This document shows positions 35,175 through 45,487 of a DNA stretch of 64,000 nucleotides, in pieces. The stretch is from Dehalococcoidia bacterium (GTDB lineage: Bacteria; Chloroflexota; Dehalococcoidia; Lucifugimonadales; GCA-2712585). The position numbers and the translations under genes were made by a program. The notes below the pieces were generated by a model, which saw nothing but the letters and a program-made list of their open reading frames with translations, ran no database searches and was not told the DNA's origin. Where the stretch lies: contig CBDBNU010000003.1 in the NCBI GenBank assembly GCA_965207845.1, positions 956,480 to 1,020,479 of the forward strand. Reading direction: 5' to 3'. The number at the start of each line of letters is the position of its first letter. The stretch's first letter is position 1.

Positions 35175-36599
35175 CTAATCTTCGTCGAAGTCCTCCGGCA
35201 TCAGTACGAATTCAGGGTAGGACTCCATGCCAAGCTCGCCTGCGTCCTGTCCCAAACGCTCCACCGAGTAGGGCACCCGAACGCTGATGGTCCTTTCCAG
35301 GGCCTTCCACACGAGCCAGGATACGCCGAATGCGAATGCGCCAACGCACACGATGCCGATGAGCTGTACGTGGAATGTGGCGCCGACCGTGAAGCTGGCC
35401 GCCAGCGTGCCCCAGACTCCCGCAATCAGGTGCGCGGGAATGGCGCCCACAACGTCGTCCACCTTCAGGTTCTCCAGCAGCTTGAGGCCCATGACGACCA
35501 ACACTCCGCCTACCGCGCCGACCAGCAGCGCCCACTGATGGTCTACGAAGTTCGGCGCAGCAGTGACCGCCACCAGACCCGCGATGGCGCCGTTCAGGCC
35601 TGCAAACAGGTCGATGCGGCCCATGATAGGCCGGGAGACCAGCAAAGCCGCGACGACACCGGCCGCTGCGGCCAGGTTGGTGTTGACGATGACCACGCTC
35701 ATGGCTATCGCGTCAGCGGCGCTGCCCAAGGCCAGTTGGGACCCGCCATTGAATCCGAACCAGCCCAGCCAGAGAATGAACACGCCCAGGGTGACTACGA
35801 GAATGTTGGAAGGCGGGGTGGCTCTGGCCGTCCCATCCTTCCTGAACTTGCCCAGCCTGGGGCCGACTATCAGCACTCCGGCGAGGGCCGCCCAGCCGCC
35901 TGTGCTGTGCACTATGGTGGAGCCGGCGAAGTCTACGAAGCCCATGTCCGCCAGCCAGCCGCCGCCCCAGTACCAAGCGCCGATAACCGGGTAGATGAAG
36001 GCGGTGAGAACGAGCACGAAGACGAAGAAGGACCACATCTTGACCCTTTCCGCTAGCGCACCAGACACGATGGACGCCGCCGTGGCGACGAACACCATCT
36101 GGAAGAACCAGTCGGACATGGCGGCGTAACCGGCGCTGCCTTCAAGCATCGCCGCCGTGCTGCCATTGCCTGCCAGCAGCGCCGCCTCCGCAGCGGACGA
36201 CTCGTAGAAGATCCTGAAGGAACCAATGAGGCCGCCGAAGTCGACGCCGAAGAGGCTCAACTCCCTGCCTACGTCCACGTACATCAGGTTGTAGCCAAGG
36301 ATGAAATAGGCCAACCCGGCAATGGAGTAGATGCCTATGTTCTTGAGGCAGATCATGGAGGCGTTCTTGGTGCGAACGGAACCGGCTTCCAGCATTGTGA
36401 ATCCGGCGGCCATCCACATAACCAGCGCCCCCCAGATGAGGAACGCGAAAGTATTGAATATAAAGACTGCTTCTTCTTCAACTCCGGCCGCTTCCGCAGC
36501 GACCGGACGGAAAACAAACAAGAGCAGGGTGGCTATACCGGTTGCCGCCAGAAGCGTGATGATCCGGCTACGGTTGAATGCTCCTACCAGTGTCTTCAA
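35175..36599 (-). CDS. amt: ammonium transporter (Amt family)
   Basis: AAGFTMLEAGSVRTKN, FAGSTIVHSTGGWAAL and other Amt signatures. Start set at TTG 36599, 6 nt after GGAGGA. The track ORF starts at GTG 36650. Confidence 0.9.
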   Translation of the reverse strand: MKTLVGAFNRSRIITLLAATGIATLLLFVFRPVAAEAAGVEEEAVFIFNTFAFLIWGALVMWMAAGFTMLEAGSVRTKNASMICLKNIGIYSIAGLAYFILGYNLMYVDVGRELSLFGVDFGGLIGSFRIFYESSAAEAALLAGNGSTAAMLEGSAGYAAMSDWFFQMVFVATAASIVSGALAERVKMWSFFVFVLVLTAFIYPVIGAWYWGGGWLADMGFVDFAGSTIVHSTGGWAALAGVLIVGPRLGKFRKDGTARATPPSNILVVTLGVFILWLGWFGFNGGSQLALGSAADAIAMSVVIVNTNLAAAAGVVAALLVSRPIMGRIDLFAGLNGAIAGLVAVTAAPNFVDHQWALLVGAVGGVLVVMGLKLLENLKVDDVVGAIPAHLIAGVWGTLAASFTVGATFHVQLIGIVCVGAFAFGVSWLVWKALERTISVRVPYSVERLGQDAGELGMESYPEFVLMPEDFDED

Positions 36600-36895
36600 G
36601 GAATCTCCTCCGCTATCTAAATTTGCCGCCCCGGCTCTTAGACCGGGCACTCAAGTGGCAGTTTAGGAATTGTGAGACAGACTTGCAACAGCAGGCTAAA
36701 CTTTGGCGATGTTACCATAACTGCAAAGTCAAAACCAACGCTCGCGCAACTTTCTCTGCATAGGGGAGATTCTGGCGCACGCCGAGACCTGTTCGGGTGA
36801 GTGATGGGTGGGCGAATCGCTGATTCTCAAGCCGGGACGTGTCAAGCGCACCTTTCGGACCGTCGGAGACGGCCAAACGGGAAGCGGACTGATTC

Positions 36896-37207
36896 TCACT
36901 CCAGAGGCAAATTCAAGGCGCGCCGTAGGTTGACCAGGTAGTCGCCGTATGCCAGCCGGCCATCGTGGGTTGCTTGTACCCAGGTGCGTGGCTTGTCCTC
37001 CACAAACTCCTTGGAGGTCGCCACGTACCCTGCCTGCTCAAGTTTGCGTAGATGGATGGTCAGATTGCCGCCGGTGAGCTTCAGAGCCCTCTGAATGAAA
37101 CCGTAGGCCGTCCGGTCCTCCTCGGACAGGTCCACCAGCAGGGTCATGATGCGGAGGCGCGTGGACTGGTGGATGAGTTCGTTCAGGACGACGGATTCGT
37201 CGATCAT
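36896..37207 (-). CDS. winged-helix transcriptional regulator (ArsR/MarR-like small wHTH)
   Basis: 103 aa. STRLRIMTLL...FIQRALKLTGGNLTIHLRKLEQAGYV pattern. ATGA overlap with the upstream membrane-protein gene. Confidence 0.7.
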   Translation of the reverse strand: MIDESVVLNELIHQSTRLRIMTLLVDLSEEDRTAYGFIQRALKLTGGNLTIHLRKLEQAGYVATSKEFVEDKPRTWVQATHDGRLAYGDYLVNLRRALNLPLE

Positions 37208-37839
37208 GTGGCGTCGCTTCTCCGCAGCCACAGCCAGGCGACGCCAACCACCGCAAGCATGAACACTGCGGACACCACGGGAGCGGCGTCGCCGAACAGG
37301 TGGTATGGGAGATAGTAGGAGGAGGCGATTCCAAGACCGACTAGGGATATGGCCGGGCGACTCATGATGCCGAAGAGGACGTAGCCAAGGGCGATGATAC
37401 CGATAACCACGCCGCCGATTGCAGCTCCGTCGACCTCGGCGGTCCACATGCCAGCAGCCGGCGGGATAACAAAGGCGGCGGAGACGACGGCCATCCAAAA
37501 GAAGAAGATGCGAAGGCCGATCTTGGTGGCGGTGCGGCCCTGAGCGTTGCGACTGCCGGCGCGATGTCCGATGATGGCGCTGCCGATCATTCCCACGAAG
37601 CCCACGCCCGCCCAGACTGGAGCCGGGTACCAGGGATAGGTCTCCGCAAAGGAGGTGGCGAGGGTCTCGATCGCGTACTGGGAAAGGAAACCTATGGCGT
37701 ACAGGGCCCCCCACATGAGCATGATGGTGGTCCATCCGGCTACGTACATGGAACTGCGGGAGCTGTCTAGAGTGTGTTGAATGGACTCCCAGCTTTGCTC
37801 CGGGGTGATGGCCTGTTGTTCTCCATGCTGTCGTTCCAT
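37204..37839 (-). CDS. hypothetical polytopic membrane protein
   Basis: 211 aa with about 6 hydrophobic helices. Translationally coupled to the wHTH regulator. The 320-aa track ORF in another frame is rejected. Confidence 0.6.
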   Translation of the reverse strand: MERQHGEQQAITPEQSWESIQHTLDSSRSSMYVAGWTTIMLMWGALYAIGFLSQYAIETLATSFAETYPWYPAPVWAGVGFVGMIGSAIIGHRAGSRNAQGRTATKIGLRIFFFWMAVVSAAFVIPPAAGMWTAEVDGAAIGGVVIGIIALGYVLFGIMSRPAISLVGLGIASSYYLPYHLFGDAAPVVSAVFMLAVVGVAWLWLRRSDAT

Positions 37840-38168
37840 TGTATCCTCGCTCTTTCAAGTCATAAAATAGTTTGTATTATAAATCAGAGCGTTTGTCAAG
37901 TGGTCAGGAGAAGGAGAATGGGGTGGGAGGCGCAAGCCTTGCGGGGAGTGGTTGCCGGGAGTTGCGCAGCTACGACCGGTTGGGAGGGGGTGGATAGACT
38001 AAAGGAGGCAGTCCGTTCCCTTGACACGGCAAAGTCTGCTCTTACATCATCCAATTGCCGAAGGCGCGACTCTTGATGGCGAGTGACTACCATGTGGCGA
38101 GCGAATTGTATTCTGGATGCAGGCGCAGCTGAACTGCCCCAAAGCCGGGCGACACACAATAAGCCGGG

Positions 38169-38657
38169 GTGGTCAGTAGCGTGAGACGGGCCATTCTACG
38201 TTTCATCGGCAGGTGGCTCTCCAGGGAGATGCGGGACGCCCGAACCCGGTGGGTGTATGGGTTTGAGCAGGGCAGGGTCTGGCTCGCCGTTCCCATCACC
38301 ATCGCGACCATGTACGTGCTGTGGCAGTGGGCCTTCGGTCTCAGCTTCTACTTCGGGGTCTCATTCGTCGCTGCCGCTTCTCTCGCCATTCTCAGGGGGC
38401 ACGTGTTCACCCACCCATTCCGCATGGTGCTGGTGGCGGTCGCGGTGGTCATCGGTTCCTTCGTCATACCCAGCCTGGCGGGGGACGCGTGGGCGGCATT
38501 CCGCCGGGGCGACACGATTACTGCGCTGGTGCTGTTGGGAATCGTGGCGCTTACGTGGCTGCTGAAGCGGTACCTGGAGACGGGACAGATTAAGGGTCGA
38601 AACGTTCCCCGTAGGCGCAAACGCGGCAGGTCGCGGTCTAAGCGCCGCAGGCGTTAG
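38169..38657 (+). CDS. hypothetical membrane protein with Arg/Lys-rich C-terminal tail
   Basis: 162 aa with about 4 TM segments. It ends ..RRRKRGRSRSKRRRR. GTG start. Confidence 0.45.
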   Translation: MVSSVRRAILRFIGRWLSREMRDARTRWVYGFEQGRVWLAVPITIATMYVLWQWAFGLSFYFGVSFVAAASLAILRGHVFTHPFRMVLVAVAVVIGSFVIPSLAGDAWAAFRRGDTITALVLLGIVALTWLLKRYLETGQIKGRNVPRRRKRGRSRSKRRRR

Positions 38658-38865
38658 AGTCTTTCGTCCCTTTTCAGGCTTCGAATCTCGCAAATCCAAA
38701 AGGGAAACAGCACGCGTCCTGAGACGAATAAGATGACTTTGTGAGTCAGCTTATCGATGTCCTATCACCGCCTAATTTTGTGATAAGATGTGCCGAGCCG
38801 TGGAGACCGAGTCCTGAGAGACCGGTCGAATCTCCACCGCGAATATGAGGAGGTGAAGCAAACCG

Positions 38866-39447
38866 ATGCTAGGAAGAATGCTGGGAGCCGCCCGCTTGAA
38901 CGTCCAGACCTACGAGGACGTGGAGCATGACAGCGGGGCAACTATGCAGGCGCTGCTGGTTGTAATTCTGGTATCCATCGCCAGTGTTGTTGGTCAGATC
39001 ATTGGCGCCAGCGGCGACGATGTGATTTGGGCAATTGTCATTGGCGTCATTCGTGGAGTTGTTAGCTGGGCGCTGTGGGCGCTGTTTACCTGGTTGATCG
39101 GGTCAACGATTCTGAAGACGGAGCAGACCGAGGCAAACTGGGGTCAGTTGGCCAGGGGCACGGGTTTTGCTCAAACACCGGGACTGTTTAACGTCCTGTT
39201 CTTCATTCCCATAGTCGGCGGGATAATCTACCTGATAGCCCTGATCTGGACCATCGTTTGCATGGTTGTGGCCGTGCGTCAGAGTCTTGACTACACGTCC
39301 TCGTTGCGCGCGTTCATTGTGATTCTGCTCGCCCTGATTCCGGTCGCCATCCTGAACGTCATAGTCTTTGCACTGACGGGTGGTGTGACGGATGACGAGA
39401 GCAGCGCTACGCTCATCAACAACGTGCTGCAGGTGTTCACCGCCTAG
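38866..39447 (+). CDS. Yip1-domain membrane protein
   Basis: N-terminal ..NVQTYEDVEHDSGATMQALLVV.. plus 5 TM helices, typical of the YIP1 family. Confidence 0.65.
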   Translation: MLGRMLGAARLNVQTYEDVEHDSGATMQALLVVILVSIASVVGQIIGASGDDVIWAIVIGVIRGVVSWALWALFTWLIGSTILKTEQTEANWGQLARGTGFAQTPGLFNVLFFIPIVGGIIYLIALIWTIVCMVVAVRQSLDYTSSLRAFIVILLALIPVAILNVIVFALTGGVTDDESSATLINNVLQVFTA

Positions 39448-39617
39448 ACTGGAATATGCCGTCGCATCCTCGGACCTCCGGGGGTGCGATGGTTAACTTT
39501 CCCCTGGAAGGATCACGATGGTCTCGTCTCACCTTCCGCCGCGTTGAGCAGCGACGTGCCCGACACGAAGGTGGGAGAGAGGGGCGTCTTAGGATTTACA
39601 TAAATTAGGAGCGCTTG

Positions 39618-40052
39618 ATGTCGGAATACATACCCTCCACCAAGGACTGGGTGCGAGAGCAGGTTGCGCAGTACGAGGCCAGCGGCGGCACCGAGGCGAC
39701 CACGCTGCGCGATACGGGGTTGCCCGTGATAATCGTCACCAACCGCGGCAATCGCACCGGCGCCATCCGTAAGACCCCACTGATGCGCGCGAAGGATGGT
39801 GACAACTACATTCTCGTCGCCTCCGTCGGCGGCTCTCCGAAGAACCCCGTGTGGGTCTACAACCTCCGCGCCGACGCCAATGTCCAGATTCAGGACGAGG
39901 CGGAGGTCTACCGGATGCGTGTCCGGGAGGTGGAGGACGGTGAGGAACGGGAGCGGTTGTGGAAGCTGGCTGCCGAAGCGTACCCGCCCTACGACGTCAT
40001 GCAGAAGCAGACGCCGCGAAAGATTCCCGTATTTCTCGCAGAGCCGGCCTGA
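39618..40052 (+). CDS. deazaflavin (F420)-dependent nitroreductase-family oxidoreductase (DDN-like)
   Basis: ..VTNRGNRTGAIRKTPLM...VASVGGSPKNPVWVYNLRA.. is the family signature. Confidence 0.8.
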   Translation: MSEYIPSTKDWVREQVAQYEASGGTEATTLRDTGLPVIIVTNRGNRTGAIRKTPLMRAKDGDNYILVASVGGSPKNPVWVYNLRADANVQIQDEAEVYRMRVREVEDGEERERLWKLAAEAYPPYDVMQKQTPRKIPVFLAEPA

Positions 40053-40125
40053 GACACCGATTCAGCATCCCGGTGACCCTGAGGGTGAGGGTTGCAGGTC
40101 TAGCTTCGGAATAGATGTTGACGCC

Positions 40126-41592
40126 CTAGCCACCGGGACGGGGCGCGAGACCCAGCGACTCACGCCAGCCGGTTTCCAGGGAGTCGAAGTCCAACCCGTA
40201 GACCTGACGGATTGCCTTCTCATCTGTGGAGCCTCGGGAGAATACCGCAAGAAGCTCCTGCATTTTTGTCCAGCCGTAGGTATCCAGCAGGTAGTTGACC
40301 AGGCTGTAGCTCTGGGCGTAGGACAGAATGGCCCCCGTATGGTCGGCGGGGAAGCTGCTGTTAAGGCTTCGCAGGCTGATTAGATCGTCGTTGGCGATAG
40401 CGTCGGCGAGGGCGACCCTCTGGGATTCGGTCGGAACACCTTCGGCATAGACTGCCAGACCCTCGTTCAGCCAGGTGGGCAGACCTCTAAAGCAGTTGAA
40501 GGTGACTTCTTCCACAAGCAGGTGTGTCAGCTCGTGGACCACTCCCTGCAAGTCGATGTCGAACCGGGCCGGGTTCACGGTAATCAGGATGATATTGTGG
40601 CGAACGTAGGCCAGGCCGCCGGTCCACTCCTGGGCGAAAAGCACCGCTCCGCGAACGTCGTCGGAACTTTCGTAGACGAAGACCCTGATGGGCTCGACCA
40701 GTTCCTGGCCCAAGACCAGGGAGTCGAGACCGGTGCGGACGCCTTCAGCAATGCGACGGCCGAAATCGTCGCCGCCAGCGTACCAGTGGAATGTGACGTT
40801 TCCGTCGGTGTGGGACTGCCAGTCGAAGCGGGCATCCTCGAACACCGTCTCCTTGCGGGGGGTCAGGAACTCCAGGCCACTGTCGTCGGTCACTCTCCAC
40901 CGCCACCAGATTGCGGCGCCGGGCGGAATGGATCCGCTGCGCCGCATGTCCCACTCCCACATTACCGAAACCTCCTCCCCGGCCTCCAGGTCAGCCCGGG
41001 CCGTCCAGTAGGAGGTGGAGGCGCAAGAGAAGACATGCTCCGTGCCGAACTCCAAGTCAACGGTCGAGATGCTGCTTTCGCTCCGCGCCTCCATGTGAAA
41101 CAGCGCGGACTCAGGGAAATTCAGGGTCGCGTGGTTAACCGACACCTGGATGTCGGGCACGGGTGTGACGGGAGCAACGGTCGGAGGTTGGGTAGGGGAA
41201 GGTTTGGGGCTGGATGTAGGCGTTGGCGTAGGAGTCGGTGTTGAAACAGGCGCGACTGGCGTTGCTGGTGTGGGAGTTGGCGTAGAATCAGGCGCAACTG
41301 GCGTCGACGTTGTAGGCGTAGAGGTGGGCGCTGGCGTAGGAGCAGGCGGCGGCGTTACCGTCGGGAAGGGCGCCGCCTGGGTGGAGGGGATGGGCGCGGG
41401 GGTCGGAGTCGGTGGAGGCGTCACTGTCGGGAACGGCGCGGCCTGGGTCTGAGGGGCCGGCGTCGGCGTGGGGGTGGCAACGGTCGCGCGTGTCTCCGCC
41501 GGAGTGGCGAGGGGTGTCGGAGTGGGCGGGTCGCAAGCTGCCAACGCCAAGACGATGACGGCAAATGCGATGGCGTATAACAGCGCGCGCAT
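40126..41592 (-). CDS. peptidase MA-like zinc metalloprotease lipoprotein with long PT-rich linker
   Basis: Lipobox (LALAAC), about 130 aa of PT-rich linker and an HELTH (HExxH) motif. The start ATG shares one nt with the upstream stop (TGATG). Confidence 0.7.
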   Translation of the reverse strand: MRALLYAIAFAVIVLALAACDPPTPTPLATPAETRATVATPTPTPAPQTQAAPFPTVTPPPTPTPAPIPSTQAAPFPTVTPPPAPTPAPTSTPTTSTPVAPDSTPTPTPATPVAPVSTPTPTPTPTSSPKPSPTQPPTVAPVTPVPDIQVSVNHATLNFPESALFHMEARSESSISTVDLEFGTEHVFSCASTSYWTARADLEAGEEVSVMWEWDMRRSGSIPPGAAIWWRWRVTDDSGLEFLTPRKETVFEDARFDWQSHTDGNVTFHWYAGGDDFGRRIAEGVRTGLDSLVLGQELVEPIRVFVYESSDDVRGAVLFAQEWTGGLAYVRHNIILITVNPARFDIDLQGVVHELTHLLVEEVTFNCFRGLPTWLNEGLAVYAEGVPTESQRVALADAIANDDLISLRSLNSSFPADHTGAILSYAQSYSLVNYLLDTYGWTKMQELLAVFSRGSTDEKAIRQVYGLDFDSLETGWRESLGLAPRPGG

Positions 41593-43622
41593 CACGGTTC
41601 ACGCTCTATGGAGATATTCTGGAGCTGGGGTATGCCAATGGGCGTAAGCTCATAGCCCTTCACGTATGGCTGCACCAGCATGTGTCTTGTGGTGTGGCGC
41701 AGCGGCACGGCAACCCAATCGTCGAGGACCAGCCTTTCCGCCTCGTGATACAGGCTGGCCCGCCGCTCGGCGTCCGCCTCAGTGGACGCCTCTTCCAGCA
41801 GCGCGTCCACCTGCTCGTTGCTGTAGCCGAACCGGTTTTCCCCACTATCGCTGTGGAACAGCACGTGAAGGAAGTTCTGCGGGTCGGGGTAGTCGGCGCA
41901 CCAACCGGTGGCGAACACCCCCAGCTCTTCGTTGTCCAACCTTTGAAGGAAGTCCGCGAACTCGAAGACCGAAACGGCTTCAACTTCCAGGCCGAGGTGT
42001 TCGCGCCACGCCCAGTGAATGGACTCGTTCTCGGCGAATGACTTGATTGGAGGCAGGTTCTCAGCACCGCCGTACCCGGACTCATCCAGCAGCTGTTTCG
42101 CCCTCTGCAGGTCAAAGGGCGTTGGTTCCAGGGCCTCGTTGTGCCCGAACATGCCGGGCGGAACAAAACCGGCGGCCCGCTCCGACAGTCCCTTCAGGGA
42201 AACCTCCAGCCACTTGTCCGTTTCCATAACCAGAGCGAGAGCCTCCCGAACCTTGGGATCATCGAAGGGCGGCTGGGATGCGTTGAAGCCCAGGTAGTAG
42301 GTGCACAGATTGGTCCCTTCCCTGAGGTGGGCGTTAAGGGAATTGGAAGGATCCTGAACGCGGTCGATATCATATGTGCCGACCCGTGTCAGGTCAATCT
42401 CGCCCTGTTCATACATCTGGATGGGCCTGCCGGCAAAGATGCGGTACACGGCGTGGGCCAGATTCGGCGTGCCGCCGTACCAGCCCTCGTTGCGCTCGAG
42501 GACGAGTAGCTGGTCCTTTTGCCAGACCTTCAGTTTGAACGCGCCGGTGCCGTTGGGATTGTCGGTCCAGTTTTCGACGCTTTCCACGTTGGCGCGGTCG
42601 ACCACGAAGGAAGTGGGATAGGTCAGCTTGGCCAGAAAGTAGGGGAACGGACCGGTGATGGTCACCTGAAGCGTCCGGTCATCCAGCGCTTGCACACCTT
42701 CCAGGGTCTCAGCCTCGCCAGCGGCGAGAGTGGCTGCGCCCACCACGTCGCCAAGATAGGTCCTTGCCACCGGCGAAGCCGTTTCCGGGTGGAGGGCCCT
42801 TTCCCACGAGTACTTGACGTCCAGGGCCGTGACCGGGCGGCCGTCATGGAATCGGGCGTTTTCTCGCAGCGTGAAGGTGTAGACGGTCCTGTCCTCCGAT
42901 ACCTCCCACCCTTCGGCGAGGTCGGCGACGACTTCCAGGTTGTCGTCCAGCTTGACCAAGCCGCTGAAGATAGCGCCCACAATGTCGCCTGCGCCGCGGC
43001 GGGAGAGCGCCGGATCGATAGTGATAATCTCTCCCCAATACTGAAAAAGGGAGTCCTTGGGAGAAGCGCCGAAGGGCATTGGCTCCTGCAGGGCGAAACT
43101 GTCGGCGAAAGCGGTGGCTTTCGACCTGATGTCGGGCCACAGGCCCTCCGTGGTCTGGACGCGGAGCAGGAAAACCTGCGAACCACGGACAACGGCGGTC
43201 CAGAAATCTACGATGACAGTCCCGTTTTGCTGGGCGTAGGCCATCAACGTTCGGTGTCCTGAATCGGCGCCGGCATAGACGACGGGGCCGCTGCTTCGGA
43301 TGTCGTCAATGCCCAGCCGGGCAATCTGCCCTTCGAGCCATTCCTCCGCCGTTGCGTCGCTTTCCAGAGGGAAAATCCACAGCTCCCCCGCAGCCAGGAA
43401 AACGGTCTGCGACGCATCTATGGATAGCAGGGGCAGGTTCGTGTCGTTCTCATGCCCGGTCCAGCCATCCGGGATGACAACGGAAAATCCCTCTGTGGTG
43501 TTTACGTATAGGCCGGTGAGGTGATCATCGCCGTCGTGAAACGGTGGGGAAGACCACGATAGGGCGAGGGTGACGCCGGCGACGGCCAGCAGTACGGCAA
43601 ACGCCGTGAGCGTCCTAAGCAT
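41592..43622 (-). CDS. ABC-transporter substrate-binding protein, family 5, with about 200-aa N-terminal extra domain
   Basis: ..[49 protein letters not shown].. is the classic SBP_bac_5 pattern. Signal anchor at the N-terminus. Confidence 0.85.
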   Translation of the reverse strand: MLRTLTAFAVLLAVAGVTLALSWSSPPFHDGDDHLTGLYVNTTEGFSVVIPDGWTGHENDTNLPLLSIDASQTVFLAAGELWIFPLESDATAEEWLEGQIARLGIDDIRSSGPVVYAGADSGHRTLMAYAQQNGTVIVDFWTAVVRGSQVFLLRVQTTEGLWPDIRSKATAFADSFALQEPMPFGASPKDSLFQYWGEIITIDPALSRRGAGDIVGAIFSGLVKLDDNLEVVADLAEGWEVSEDRTVYTFTLRENARFHDGRPVTALDVKYSWERALHPETASPVARTYLGDVVGAATLAAGEAETLEGVQALDDRTLQVTITGPFPYFLAKLTYPTSFVVDRANVESVENWTDNPNGTGAFKLKVWQKDQLLVLERNEGWYGGTPNLAHAVYRIFAGRPIQMYEQGEIDLTRVGTYDIDRVQDPSNSLNAHLREGTNLCTYYLGFNASQPPFDDPKVREALALVMETDKWLEVSLKGLSERAAGFVPPGMFGHNEALEPTPFDLQRAKQLLDESGYGGAENLPPIKSFAENESIHWAWREHLGLEVEAVSVFEFADFLQRLDNEELGVFATGWCADYPDPQNFLHVLFHSDSGENRFGYSNEQVDALLEEASTEADAERRASLYHEAERLVLDDWVAVPLRHTTRHMLVQPYVKGYELTPIGIPQLQNISIEREP

Positions 43623-43699
43623 TTTTCAATGATACGGGCATTCGCAGCAAGCCCACAAGAGAAGATTGGGTCATTCTCTAATACGTGAGGAGCCGTCGA

Positions 43700-45487
43700 C
43701 TAGATTCCCAAGGGCCAGACCCACATCAGAAGTGGGATAGCGACCGCGACGATGAGGACCACCATCGGAAGGCCCAATCTGGGATAGTCCGTGAAATGGT
43801 AGCCTCCCGGCCCCATGACGATGGTGTTGGACTGGTGACCTATTGGGGAAAGGAAGGCTGAAGAACCGCCGATGGCCACCGCCATCAAGAATGGGTCCGC
43901 CGACGCTCCGAGGGTCTGGGCTACGCCAATGCCAATTGGCGCCATCAGAATGACAGCGGCGGCGTTGTTGATGACGGCGGACAGCAGCATGGACACTACC
44001 AGAATCACGCCGAGCATCGCCCACGGGGGCAGCGCGTTGCCCAGGTCCGTTATCAGCATGGCAATTCGGGCCGCGCCACCGGTGGTCTCCAGGGCTTCGC
44101 CCACTGGGATCATTGCGCCGAGCAAAATAATCACGGGCCAGTCCACGGCCTGGTACGCTGACTCCAGGCTCAGGAACCGGGATATCAGCAGGACCGCAAC
44201 GGCGGCCACAAAGGAGACCTGCACCGACAGGACGCCAAGGGACGTGAGCAGGACCGCAACAACGAACACGGCCAGCGGGAAGACGAGCTTGCGTTCCCGG
44301 CCTATTCTTAACTCCCTTTCGGCGAGGGGGAGAAGGCCCAGGCGTGGAAGCGCCTTCCGCACCACGTCCTTCTTTCCCTGGAGCAGTAGCACGTCGCCCA
44401 CGTTGAAGACCACGGCGCCGAGATGCCGTATGAACCTGGTGCCCCTTCGGGATATGCCGAGCAGGTTCACGCCGAAGGTCTCGTGGAGGTGCAGCCCGTG
44501 GGCGCTGCCGCCTTCAGCCAGACTGTCAGGCCCGACGATGGCTTCAATCATGGCCACGTCTCGTCCCTTCAACGTCTCGTCTATGTCCGCCTTGATGTCC
44601 CTCGAGGAGCCTTCGAGGGCAAACCCCGTCTTGTCGACGAAGGTCTTGAGGTCCTCGGGATCGGCCTCGATGATGTAGATGTCGTTTGCGTCGATGATCT
44701 GGAAGCTGGAGGGGGCGGCGTGGACTACGCCATTATGCAGAAGGCCGACGATTGCCACGTCGTCCTCGGCCAGCTCCTCCAGGTTTCGCACCATCTTGCC
44801 CACGAATCTGGAGCCCTCCGGCACCCTCACTTCCGTCATGTAGTCCTCAATGTGGAGCGCGTCGCTCAGGGAGCCGGGGGCGCTGCGGGAGGGGAGCAGT
44901 CGCCAGCCGACGAGGGCGATGAAGGCCACGCCGGCAACCGTCAGCCCCAGCCCCACCAAGGCAAAGTCGAACATGTTGAATGCCGCACCGCTCTGCTCCA
45001 ATCGAAAGTTGGAGATGATGATGTTCGGCGGTGTCCCTATCATGGTGATCATCCCGCCCAGCAGCGATGCGAAGGCCAGCGGCATAAGGTAGCGCGAAGC
45101 CGGATGATTGCCCTTGCTGGAAACCCGCATGGCAACCGGCAAGAGCAGGCTAACCGCTCCTACGTTGTTGATGAACGCCGAGAGGAAGGCCCCCAACCCG
45201 GAGAGGGATGCTATCCTCACCGGGAGGTAGTCGGGGATGCGCTGATACCAGCTGGCTATAACGTCTACCACTCCGGACTCGTACAGGGCCCGGCTCAGGA
45301 TGAGCACGGCAGCGACGGTGATGACCGCGGGATGTCCGAACCCGAGAAACGCTTCCGAGGGCGAGACAATTCCCACAACGGCAAGAATAAGCAGAGACGC
45401 CAAGGCGACGATGTCGTACCGCCACCTGCCCCAAATGAACATCACAAGGGCAAAGGCCAGCACCGCAAACACCACGGCTTCATCCAT
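43700..45487 (-). CDS. SLC13/DASS-family permease with two central TrkA-C domains
   Basis: 595 aa. Hydrophobic N- and C-terminal halves flank a soluble middle region with TrkA_C-like repeats. Confidence 0.8.
   Translation of the reverse strand: MDEAVVFAVLAFALVMFIWGRWRYDIVALASLLILAVVGIVSPSEAFLGFGHPAVITVAAVLILSRALYESGVVDVIASWYQRIPDYLPVRIASLSGLGAFLSAFINNVGAVSLLLPVAMRVSSKGNHPASRYLMPLAFASLLGGMITMIGTPPNIIISNFRLEQSGAAFNMFDFALVGLGLTVAGVAFIALVGWRLLPSRSAPGSLSDALHIEDYMTEVRVPEGSRFVGKMVRNLEELAEDDVAIVGLLHNGVVHAAPSSFQIIDANDIYIIEADPEDLKTFVDKTGFALEGSSRDIKADIDETLKGRDVAMIEAIVGPDSLAEGGSAHGLHLHETFGVNLLGISRRGTRFIRHLGAVVFNVGDVLLLQGKKDVVRKALPRLGLLPLAERELRIGRERKLVFPLAVFVVAVLLTSLGVLSVQVSFVAAVAVLLISRFLSLESAYQAVDWPVIILLGAMIPVGEALETTGGAARIAMLITDLGNALPPWAMLGVILVVSMLLSAVINNAAAVILMAPIGIGVAQTLGASADPFLMAVAIGGSSAFLSPIGHQSNTIVMGPGGYHFTDYPRLGLPMVVLIVAVAIPLLMWVWPLGI

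Noticed and set aside
36896-37858. 320-aa track ORF as a single gene.
   Set aside because: Only its last 103 codons (wHTH) look real. The upstream part is an Arg/His/Pro-rich shadow of the 211-aa membrane-protein frame (37204..37839), which overlaps by ATGA.
37861-37905. TTGACA and TATAAT hexamers on the minus strand upstream of the 37839 gene, as a promoter.
   Set aside because: The two consensus hexamers are only about 12 nt apart, which is too short for a standard sigma70 promoter. It is left uncalled.
38677-38700. GGCTTCGAATCTCGC, a T-arm-like motif suggesting a tRNA.
   Set aside because: No acceptor, D or anticodon stems can be drawn around it. It lies just after a CDS stop.
38800-38837. 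Hairpin GTGGAGA...TCTCCAC and a duplicated GTCCTGAGA motif upstream of the Yip1 gene, as a riboswitch.
   Set aside because: I could not match it to any riboswitch consensus I know. It may just be a leader or terminator hairpin.
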